In this document: positions 56,647-64,000 of the stretch, in pieces
How the letters are laid out: each line of letters begins with the position of its first letter
Numbering within the stretch: the first letter of the stretch is position 1
Assembly: GCA_022447855.1 (NCBI GenBank)
Contig: JAKUTX010000001.1
Coordinates: 236,435-300,434, forward strand
Reading direction: 5' to 3'
Source of the DNA: SAR202 cluster bacterium
GTDB taxonomy: Bacteria > Chloroflexota > Dehalococcoidia > Lucifugimonadales > UBA6927
Length of the DNA stretch: 64,000 nucleotides
Translations under genes and position numbers: made by a program
Notes under the pieces: model-generated
Told to the model about the DNA's origin: nothing
Database searches by the model: none
What the model saw: only the letters and a program-made list of their open reading frames with translations

Positions 56647-58269
56647 ATGTCTCCTGTACGATGCTCTGGACAAGTAATAGAATCAAAAATCGGATCCTCT
56701 TTATTCGATTATGCTGATGCAATCAATGTGCGTGTGCCTACCTCCTGTGGTAGAAATGGACAATGCCATGAATGTATTGTTGAAATCAACTCTGGAGGAG
56801 AATTTTTAAATGATTCTACTGAGGAAGAATTCTTCCTAGGGGAAAAATTTCGATTGGCTTGTCAAGCAAAGATTACAGATGCAGACAAAACAATCGAATT
56901 TTCTATATTGCGCAGACAACCCAAAATCCTCATCGAATCGATTAATCGCTCTGTCTCAACAGACCCAATGGTTCAAAGAAACGGCGATACAGTAACTTTT
57001 AATGGGTCCTATCTAGATCAATACAGAAACTCCATCTTAGGAATCGCCGCAGATATAGGAACAACCACAATAGTTATGAATTTGGTCGATTTAGAAACTT
57101 CCAATATCTTAGCCACTTCATCATTTGAAAACCCTCAAAAATTTGGTGGAAGCGACATCATGAATAGAATTTCATATGATGGTGGCAAATTTAAAGGCGA
57201 ATTAAGACAAGTCATGCTATCTGCTTTAAATTTTGAAATCGGAGAGATTACCAAACAAAACAATCTTCATAGAAGACAAATCTACGAAGCTGTATTCGTC
57301 GGAAATTCTACAATGAGAGATTTGTTATTCAATTATGATGTGCAGTCAATTGGTCAAAAACCTTACAGATCAATCACTGAAACCCTTTTCCTGAATGGAG
57401 AAATCGATTCAACTGCATTAAATATGAAAGCAAATGATTTTGGATTAAGAATTTTCCCGGATGCGAATATTTATGGTGGTCCATTAATAGGTAGCCATGT
57501 TGGATCAGATGTTGCAGCCGATATTCTAAGCACTGAAATTGGAGAGAAAAAAGACATCTCAATGCTAGTCGACATAGGTACAAACACTGAAGTAGTTTTG
57601 GGCAACGAAGAAAAAATGATAGTAGCATCTTGTCCTGCAGGGCCAGCATTTGAAGGTGGAGAGATTTCATATGGCATGCCTGGATATGATGGAGCAATAG
57701 AATCACTTATGTTTTCAGAAAGTGGGACAGAATACAGAACTATCGGAAACAAAAAGCCTCAAGGGATTTGTGGATCTGGTTTAATTCAAATTTTATCTGA
57801 ATTATTACGAACACAACAGATGAATGAACTGGGGGTTTTCGATAACAAAAAGCAAAAAATTGTCCTAGAGCCCACCCAAGAAATTTCTATTTCAAGATCA
57901 GATGTTAGTTCATTAGCTCAAGCCAAATCAGCTAATTACGCGGGGCAATTCATTACAATGCGTTCATACGGGATTAATACAAATCAAATTTCAAAACTTT
58001 ACTTAGCAGGAGGATTCGCAAACTACATCGACCCAGAATGCGCAATAGGAATCGGATTTCTTCCCAATATTTCTCCAAAAAAAATCACAAAAGTTGGAAA
58101 CGCTTCACTAGAAGGAGCAACCATAATGCTAAAATCAAAATTTCATCGCAGACAAATAGAAGAAAAAGTTAAATCTATTGAACATATCGAATTAGAAACT
58201 TTCGATGATTTTTTTGAAATTTTCGTTGAAGGATGCATGTTTAAACCAATGCCGAAAACCCTTGTATGA
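56647..58269 (+). CDS. Reductive activase of corrinoid enzymes (RACE/RamA-like; 2Fe-2S ferredoxin domain plus ASKHA ATPase, DUF4445-type)
   Basis: N-terminal CGRNGQCHEC...C plant-type 2Fe-2S motif. GIAADIGTTTIV and LVDIGTNTEV ASKHA phosphate loops. 540 aa. Confidence 0.8.
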   Translation: MSPVRCSGQVIESKIGSSLFDYADAINVRVPTSCGRNGQCHECIVEINSGGEFLNDSTEEEFFLGEKFRLACQAKITDADKTIEFSILRRQPKILIESINRSVSTDPMVQRNGDTVTFNGSYLDQYRNSILGIAADIGTTTIVMNLVDLETSNILATSSFENPQKFGGSDIMNRISYDGGKFKGELRQVMLSALNFEIGEITKQNNLHRRQIYEAVFVGNSTMRDLLFNYDVQSIGQKPYRSITETLFLNGEIDSTALNMKANDFGLRIFPDANIYGGPLIGSHVGSDVAADILSTEIGEKKDISMLVDIGTNTEVVLGNEEKMIVASCPAGPAFEGGEISYGMPGYDGAIESLMFSESGTEYRTIGNKKPQGICGSGLIQILSELLRTQQMNELGVFDNKKQKIVLEPTQEISISRSDVSSLAQAKSANYAGQFITMRSYGINTNQISKLYLAGGFANYIDPECAIGIGFLPNISPKKITKVGNASLEGATIMLKSKFHRRQIEEKVKSIEHIELETFDDFFEIFVEGCMFKPMPKTLV

Positions 58270-58299
58270 TTAAGAATACTTATCGAAATGGAGTCAATA

Positions 58300-59301
58300 A
58301 TGTCATATAAAATCTTGATCACTGACTATGTCTGGCCAAACATTGAGCCAGAAAAAAAAGTACTATCTTCAATAGATGCTGAAATTATTGTTGCGCCAAA
58401 CTCTGACGAAAATACTCTTTGTTCACTAGCTAAAGATGTTGATGGGATTTTAACCTGTTTTGCTCAAGTCACAGAAAAAGTGATTCGCTCTGCAAAAAAA
58501 TGTGTAGTCATAGGAAGATATGGGGTTGGAGTTGATAACATTTCAGTAAGTACTGCAACTGATTTAGGCATCGCTGTAACATACGTTCCTGACTACTGTA
58601 TGGAAGAGGTGTCAGATCATGTTATAGGCTTAATGTTATGTTGGAACAGAAAAATAGCTTTTTTTGACTCCGACACCAAGCAAAATGCATGGGGCCATTC
58701 CCCCCTAACCATGAGAATAATGCGACTGAAAGGTAAAACTATTGGAATAGTAGGTTTCGGTAGGATTGGAAAAGCAGTAAGCCAAAAAGCAAAATCTTTT
58801 GGAATGAATATTCTAACTTATGACCCTTTTGTTTCCCAAACAGAAGCAGCCTCATTCGGAGTTAACTCAACCAGTCTTGAAAATCTGCTTCAATGTTCTG
58901 ATTTCGTTTCTCTGCACTCACCATATACAGAAGAGACACACAATATGATAGGACAAGAGCAATTAGATTTAATGAAATCCGATTCGTTCCTAATAAACTG
59001 CGCTAGGGGTCCATTAATTGACGAAGAAGCATTATTTGAAGCTTTAAAATCAAAAAATATTGCTGGAGCCGGCTTGGATGTTATGGTTGATTCTATACCT
59101 CCATCCAACCATCCTTTAATGAAATTGGATAACATATTGATTACTCCACACATTTCTTTTTTCTCCCAAGAATCCGTCCTCGAGCTTGAAGAACGTGCTG
59201 CCGAGGAAGTAAAATCCGTATTGCTTGGCCAAATGCCCGAAAACCTAGTCAACAAAGAAGTTCTTAAACACTCTCTACCAAGACACAAACTATCCAAATA
59301 A
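58300..59301 (+). CDS. D-isomer-specific 2-hydroxyacid dehydrogenase family protein
   Basis: GIVGFGRIGKAV NAD loop. Catalytic region ...NCARG...D...HISF. Start at ATG 58300 (GGAG upstream); the track start is 58288. Confidence 0.85.
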   Translation: MSYKILITDYVWPNIEPEKKVLSSIDAEIIVAPNSDENTLCSLAKDVDGILTCFAQVTEKVIRSAKKCVVIGRYGVGVDNISVSTATDLGIAVTYVPDYCMEEVSDHVIGLMLCWNRKIAFFDSDTKQNAWGHSPLTMRIMRLKGKTIGIVGFGRIGKAVSQKAKSFGMNILTYDPFVSQTEAASFGVNSTSLENLLQCSDFVSLHSPYTEETHNMIGQEQLDLMKSDSFLINCARGPLIDEEALFEALKSKNIAGAGLDVMVDSIPPSNHPLMKLDNILITPHISFFSQESVLELEERAAEEVKSVLLGQMPENLVNKEVLKHSLPRHKLSK

Positions 59302-59316
59302 GTTTTAAGCGATCTA

Positions 59317-60483
59317 ATGAATCCAACCACCATACTTGTCAAATTTCACGAAACTGCGCTTAAAGGTAGAAATAGACATATCTTCATTAATCGAATTTTG
59401 GATAATTTAAGAGTGGCAACTAAAGATTTACCGGTAAAAAATATTTGGCACAAAAGATTAATCATCGGTCTATCATTACATGAGGAAGCAAAAATACCAG
59501 AGATTGCAAAACGAATAACAAATTGTTTTGGGATAGCCAAATTCTACCCTGTATACGAAGTCGAAAAAAACCTAGAGTCCACCTTGAATCTATTGAAAGA
59601 AATTTTAGAACAAACAAAATTTGACACGTTTAGAATTACAGCAAAACGCCCGAGCAAAAACTTTAACCTCACATCAGATGAAATCAACCGAAAAGTCGGT
59701 ACTTTTGTAGAAGAATTAACCAAATCTAAAGTCCAACTCAAAAATCCTGACTTAGAAATATTTATAGAAGTGATGGACAAAAACATATTTATCCACACTG
59801 AAGAATTCAAAGGCTTTGGTGGAATGCCAGTAGGTGTCAGCGGAAGAGCAATGGCTCTAATGTCTGGAGGAATTGATTCTCCTGTGGCAATTTGGCAAAT
59901 GCTTAAACGAGGAACAACTGTAGATATGCTACATTTTCATAGTTATCCATTAGTGGATAAATCAAGTATCGAAAAAGCATTTGATCTAGCAAAAGTTTTG
60001 AATCAACATCAATACAAATCAAAACTTTTTTTGGCTCCCCTAAGCAAAATTCAACAAAAAATTATTGTAGAAGTTCCTCCTGAATATAGAGTATTACTTT
60101 ACAGAAGATTCATGATTAGAATTGCTGAAAAACTCGCTATACATAAAAAATCTATTGCTCTAATCACTGGAGAAAGCTTAGCCCAAGTAGCATCTCAAAC
60201 GCTTGAAAACATAGCAGCAATTGACGCAGCCGTAAAAATGCCAATCTTAAGACCATTAATTGGTACAAATAAAGATGAAATCATAGAACATTCAAAAAGA
60301 ATTGGCACTTTCGACATTTCTATCCGACCCGACCAAGACTGTTGTTCACTCTTTGTCCCCAAGCACCCAATTACTGCGGCTAAAGCCGAAATATTAGAAT
60401 CATTCGAGAATTCCTTGCCAATGAAAGAAATGATAGAAAGTTCAATCGAACAAACGACTGAAGAGAATTTTACATACCCATAA
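59317..60483 (+). CDS. thiI: tRNA 4-thiouridine synthase ThiI (no rhodanese domain)
   Basis: THUMP-type N-terminus (ILVKFHETALKGRNR) and PP-loop SGGIDSPVA. Confidence 0.88.
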   Translation: MNPTTILVKFHETALKGRNRHIFINRILDNLRVATKDLPVKNIWHKRLIIGLSLHEEAKIPEIAKRITNCFGIAKFYPVYEVEKNLESTLNLLKEILEQTKFDTFRITAKRPSKNFNLTSDEINRKVGTFVEELTKSKVQLKNPDLEIFIEVMDKNIFIHTEEFKGFGGMPVGVSGRAMALMSGGIDSPVAIWQMLKRGTTVDMLHFHSYPLVDKSSIEKAFDLAKVLNQHQYKSKLFLAPLSKIQQKIIVEVPPEYRVLLYRRFMIRIAEKLAIHKKSIALITGESLAQVASQTLENIAAIDAAVKMPILRPLIGTNKDEIIEHSKRIGTFDISIRPDQDCCSLFVPKHPITAAKAEILESFENSLPMKEMIESSIEQTTEENFTYP

Positions 60484-60529
60484 AATAAAAATTTGCAGTT
60501 ACTTTTTAATTCTATTGGAGGATAAAATA

Positions 60530-61306
60530 ATGGACTTACAAATTAAAGGGAAAGTAGCGCTTGTTACCGGTGGAAGTAGAGGCCTAGGGAAACAATGTGC
60601 GATTTCTTTAGTAAAAGAAGGTGTTAACGTCGCAATTTGCGGACGTTCAAAAAAAACTTTAGATGAAACCGTGGAAGAATTAAATTCTTTTGAAGGTTCA
60701 GCAATTGGAATCCAAGCAGATATTTCCATTAGCGAAGATCTAAATAGAATACCTTCATCGGTGACTTCAAAATTAGGACCTATTGATATCTTAGTAAACA
60801 ATGTTGGGGGGTCGTTGTCTCGAGAAGACATTCAAAAAACCTCCTTAGAAGATTTCAAAGCAACATTCGATTTAAATTTGTTTGGCAGCTTCGCATTAAT
60901 GAAGGCAGTAATCCCTCACATGATTGAACAAAAATGGGGCAGAATAATAAATATAGCAAGCATTTGGGGACGCGAGAATGGTGGAAATATTTCTTATATG
61001 TCTGCAAAAGCCGCTCTAATTGGTGCTACAAAAAACACAGCTATTTCATTAGCGAAAGATGGAGTTTTAGTAAATAGTATCGCTCCCGGATCTATAGAAC
61101 ACCCAGGGGGGAGTTGGGAAAGATTCCAAAATGAAAATCCTGAAAATGTTGTGGAAAATTTCATTGAGACCCACCTCCCAATGGGCAAATTCGGATGGCC
61201 AGAACCGGTTGGAGATATAGTGGCATTTCTAGCATCAGAAAGAGCTAGCCTTATTACTGGAGCTTGCATAGTAGTAGATGGAGGACAAAGTCATTCGATG
61301 ATCTAG
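60530..61306 (+). CDS. Short-chain dehydrogenase/reductase (SDR)
   Basis: VTGGSRGLG cofactor loop and YMSAKAA catalytic motif. ATG 60530 is preceded by GGAGGA (the track TTG 60515 is part of that SD). Confidence 0.88.
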   Translation: MDLQIKGKVALVTGGSRGLGKQCAISLVKEGVNVAICGRSKKTLDETVEELNSFEGSAIGIQADISISEDLNRIPSSVTSKLGPIDILVNNVGGSLSREDIQKTSLEDFKATFDLNLFGSFALMKAVIPHMIEQKWGRIINIASIWGRENGGNISYMSAKAALIGATKNTAISLAKDGVLVNSIAPGSIEHPGGSWERFQNENPENVVENFIETHLPMGKFGWPEPVGDIVAFLASERASLITGACIVVDGGQSHSMI

Positions 61307-61959
61307 TTAATCAATAAATCTTCAATCTTTATTGATTGATAAGACCCATATAATAATTCTCTAACTAAATCATTCTCCGATTGAATAGATCCTTCAAATT
61401 GTGTAAGACATTTCCCAAGAGTACTTACTACATGCGAATCACTTCCCCCAATAAAAGAATCAAAAGATTTTGAGGAAATGAATTTATCCGATCTTATTTG
61501 TTCTTGATGCAAATTGCCCGCATTCAAATTTTCTACCACTCGTATTTGTGAATTCAATTCTTCATTATTAAATTCGCATAATCCAATTCCAAACCGACCA
61601 GGATGAGCAGGAATTGCAATAGCACCAAACATTTGAGCAGTTAGCACTAACTCTATAGCAGATATATCTACTCGAGCAAAATTTATTCGATCAGTCAATG
61701 TTTCAGTGACCCCAAAAACCAAAAAATGCCCATGATCAGTTTCAACTTCTGATCCTTTCAAAATCATCACACCATATTTTTCAGAAATATCAGAATAATC
61801 ATTTTTGTAATCAAATTTTCGGTGTTCTGTTAATACAAATCCATCCAGAGGGAACCCTTCACTCCGAAGGAACAATGTCCACTTAGCAAATTGCTCAACT
61901 GTTGCCTTTGAATCATCCGAAGAAACCGAATGAGTATGTAAATCTAAATTCATAACCAA
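61303..61959 (-). CDS. PHP-domain metal-dependent phosphoesterase
   Basis: LDLHTHS N-terminal His motif and downstream ...PAHPGR..., ...GGSDSH... metal-ligand motifs. Confidence 0.7.
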   Translation of the reverse strand: MVMNLDLHTHSVSSDDSKATVEQFAKWTLFLRSEGFPLDGFVLTEHRKFDYKNDYSDISEKYGVMILKGSEVETDHGHFLVFGVTETLTDRINFARVDISAIELVLTAQMFGAIAIPAHPGRFGIGLCEFNNEELNSQIRVVENLNAGNLHQEQIRSDKFISSKSFDSFIGGSDSHVVSTLGKCLTQFEGSIQSENDLVRELLYGSYQSIKIEDLLIN

Positions 61960-62033
61960 TTATTTACTCAATGTTTTCAAAATATAATATCATTACTGAA
62001 AATTAATTTTAAATCTGAACACATGGGGAAAAA

Positions 62034-62465
62034 ATGAAATTTGCAGAACAATTAGACATCGATGAATTTCTGTCAGAAAAAAATGTTGGATCCTTCAAAG
62101 TCACCAGAGAGCAAATTAACAATTTCTGTGATCTTTCTGGGGAAGCAATAATTTCAATTTCTGAAACCAATTCCATTGCTGCTCCTGCGACCTTTATCAA
62201 TACTCTCCCAATAAAACACTTTACCCCTCAAATTCTAAAAGAAAAATACAACAGATTACTTGGCGGACAATCAATAGAATGTAAGACTCATATCCTAGCT
62301 GGAGACGAAATTACAATTAAATCCAGAGGAATTGAAATTTATGAAAAAACAGGACGCTCTGGACACATGATTTTTGCAGTTTTCGAATCCAATTATTTTA
62401 ACCAAAATGGGGCATTGGTTTCAAAGAAACAGGATACTTTTATTTGGAAAAAATATGGAAAATAA
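62034..62465 (+). CDS. MaoC-like dehydratase, N-terminal-type hot-dog subunit
   Basis: 143 aa hot-dog-sized protein (...REQINNFCDLSGE...). Paired with and overlapping the next hot-dog gene. Confidence 0.55.
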   Translation: MKFAEQLDIDEFLSEKNVGSFKVTREQINNFCDLSGEAIISISETNSIAAPATFINTLPIKHFTPQILKEKYNRLLGGQSIECKTHILAGDEITIKSRGIEIYEKTGRSGHMIFAVFESNYFNQNGALVSKKQDTFIWKKYGK

Positions 62466-62880
62466 CTTTAAATTTCAAAATATAAACATAGGCCATCAAA
62501 CGATAATTTCAGAGAAAATCTTTTCGAGTTCACAAGTTAATGCTTTCCAAAACTCCCAAGGGGATAGTGGAATGCCAAACAAATTAACATCTAAAAAATT
62601 TGCAAGGCAACATGGACTTCCCGGACCACTCGTTCCTGGTGCCATGAGCATTGCTTATATTTCTAGACATTTGAATGACACTATGCCAGAAACAAGAATT
62701 AAAAAATTAGATATTATTTTCAGACGATCTGTAAAACAAGAAACAAGTATCCTCGCCAGTGCAATTATTGTTGATAAATATATTTTTATGGATAAAGAAA
62801 TAATAGAATGTGATGTCTTCTTGAAAGATTTGACTTTGTCTCCTTTGGTAATCGGTAAAGCTACAATTGAATTTCCATAA
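62455..62880 (+). CDS. MaoC-like (R-hydratase type) hot-dog subunit
   Basis: ...HGLPGPLVPGAMSIAY... motif typical of MaoC hydratase. Start at ATG 62455 (11-nt overlap with the upstream partner) rather than the track start at 62374. Confidence 0.6.
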   Translation: MENNFKFQNINIGHQTIISEKIFSSSQVNAFQNSQGDSGMPNKLTSKKFARQHGLPGPLVPGAMSIAYISRHLNDTMPETRIKKLDIIFRRSVKQETSILASAIIVDKYIFMDKEIIECDVFLKDLTLSPLVIGKATIEFP

Positions 62881-63084
62881 AATGCTTATAATGTTCAAGT
62901 GAATAAATACGCATACATGACTCTTTCATCAGTAATGATATTAATTTTACTACTTCTTGTGTCAGTTGTTGGCAATGTCGAAATCTGATTGTAGCAATTA
63001 ATTAGGAAGTCCAATAAATCAAATAGCAGCAGACAAAAAACCTCTATAAACTAACTAGAAAAGAGAAAATTAATCCAACATTAG

Positions 63085-64000
63085 CTAATATCGCTTGGCA
63101 TAATCAATGTAATGAGTATTACCAATTGAAGAAGTTACAAGTTTCTGCCTATAAGAATATTCTTTATTACTATATTCGCTATGAAATTCTTCAATCTCCA
63201 CTTTGATATTCTCATGATTAAGACCCTCTAAAAATGCTTCCCTAATTGGCCTTCCATCAAATGATAGGTCTGTTTTTAATCCCAATAGATACATTATTGT
63301 AGGAGTTAAATCTACATTGCCTGTTGGAACAGAAGATATTAATCCCTTTTTGAAACTTGGGCCAAATGCACCAAACACATTATTCATTTCATGTTTGCTA
63401 ATTGAACCGTGTGTACCTAAATTTATCTCTCCTCCGGAACTATAAATCGTCCCTTTATAACCAGCCACATTTTTTTCTGAATCCCATTGAAACGACATTG
63501 TCACATCAGGACAACGAAACCCTTCAATGCCCACCAAATCAGCAGGTAGCAAACCTTCTATATGACCCGTTTTCGAAGAAAAGAACATTGGACCACACCA
63601 TTCAAATTGCATTAACGCTCTAGCTAATTTTGTAGCAAGCCTATTATCTGAATTTTCTACATAAAACAGGACGCTGCCTCCATTTGGCACTACAAGAATT
63701 TTGTCATCCTGTTCATTTTCTAATAAACCAATTTTAATTAATTCTTTCCTAACATCAATCACACCTTTAATAGTGGAATATCCATGATCCGAAATGATTA
63801 TCACGTTCGCATCTTTTGAATTGTCAATTTTACGTATTTTAGTAATCAGGTCCCCGAAACATCTGTCTGCATACTTTATTGCTTGAGTTCCAAGTTCATA
63901 CCCTACGCCATTCGCATGGTGTGATTTATCAGGTTCTGAAAACCAAATAAGGCCCACTGCTGGATTTATTTCAGGTATAAAATATTTGGTCATTATATCA
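63085..64000 (-). CDS. Alkaline-phosphatase-superfamily enzyme (nucleotide pyrophosphatase/phosphodiesterase-like); N-terminus beyond window
   Basis: IIISDHGYS and ...GTHGS... metal-site motifs sit too close to the apparent N-terminus. The frame is still open at nt 64000, so the gene is truncated by the window edge. Confidence 0.7.
   Translation of the reverse strand, partial: DIMTKYFIPEINPAVGLIWFSEPDKSHHANGVGYELGTQAIKYADRCFGDLITKIRKIDNSKDANVIIISDHGYSTIKGVIDVRKELIKIGLLENEQDDKILVVPNGGSVLFYVENSDNRLATKLARALMQFEWCGPMFFSSKTGHIEGLLPADLVGIEGFRCPDVTMSFQWDSEKNVAGYKGTIYSSGGEINLGTHGSISKHEMNNVFGAFGPSFKKGLISSVPTGNVDLTPTIMYLLGLKTDLSFDGRPIREAFLEGLNHENIKVEIEEFHSEYSNKEYSYRQKLVTSSIGNTHYIDYAKRY

Noticed and set aside
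62034-62880. The two overlapping hot-dog ORFs as a frameshifted single MaoC pseudogene.
   Set aside because: Each ORF is a complete hot-dog-sized unit. The second has its own ATG overlapping the first by 11 nt. Two-subunit MaoC-type dehydratases encoded by adjacent genes are common.
62917-62988. A 23-codon hydrophobic ORF (MTLSSVMILILLLLVSVVGNVEI) in the gap before the phosphatase-family gene.
   Set aside because: It has no SD sequence and no promoter I could recognise. Hydrophobic micro-ORFs arise easily by chance in AT/T-rich DNA. Evidence is insufficient.
1-64000. Searched by eye for rRNA, tRNA, CRISPR repeats, transposases, integrases, phage genes and long direct or inverted repeats.
   Set aside because: None seen. 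All gaps longer than 100 nt (3935-4057, 33893-34083, 35637-35891, 39935-40156, 43561-43666, 62881-63084) lack tRNA-like GTTCGA/T-loop arms or periodic repeats. A computational scan (tRNAscan-SE, Infernal, a repeat finder) is still needed to be sure.

Overview
AT-rich, very gene-dense chromosomal segment of about 80 genes. Many junctions are only 1-45 nt or overlap. I found no rRNA, tRNA, CRISPR array, transposase or integrase by eye. The source is probably a free-living, marine-type heterotroph. The gene content (several enolase-superfamily and luciferase-like enzymes, ACIII, corrinoid methyltransferases) resembles SAR202-type Chloroflexota, but that is inference only.

Layout:
- 1-3934: DUF917 protein (5'-truncated), hydantoinase-like enzyme, MFS transporter.
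- 3964-25022: one uninterrupted ribosomal supercluster, rpsL-rpsG-fusA-S10-spc-alpha-truA-rplM-rpsI. It lacks tuf after fusA. It includes rpmJ, which the ORF track missed, and an unrelated 6-TM membrane-protein gene wedged between rpsK and rpsD.
- 25077-25793: DtxR-type metalloregulator.
- 25840-33892 (minus strand): Alternative Complex III operon with split ActB and non-canonical subunit order.
- 34084-39934: enolase-superfamily enzyme, VOC protein, an orphan promoter-to-terminator unit (candidate sRNA), then cinA, an LLM monooxygenase and a ThDP enzyme.
- 40032-43560: structured leader, DUF2520 (PanG-like), panB, panC, surE.
- 43667-51969: uronate-type catabolic cluster with an FAD oxidoreductase, a crotonase, two tandem GH88-like genes, a GH105-like fusion, ThuA and an enolase-superfamily enzyme.
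- 52895-60483: a tightly packed operon. This is the most interesting part.
- 60530-64000: SDR, PHP phosphoesterase, split MaoC hot-dog pair, and a truncated alkaline-phosphatase-superfamily gene.

The 52895-60483 operon encodes a corrinoid-dependent methyl-transfer system:
- a homocysteine-S-methyltransferase-domain protein
- an unknown 225-aa protein
- a URO-D/MtaA-family methyltransferase
- a corrinoid protein
- an unknown 93-aa Cys4 protein
- a RACE/RamA-like reductive activase
- a D-2-hydroxyacid dehydrogenase and thiI

No pterin-binding module is present. I read this as a candidate rewired, split methionine synthase / demethylase.

All functional calls come from reading the translated ORFs. 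No database search was possible.
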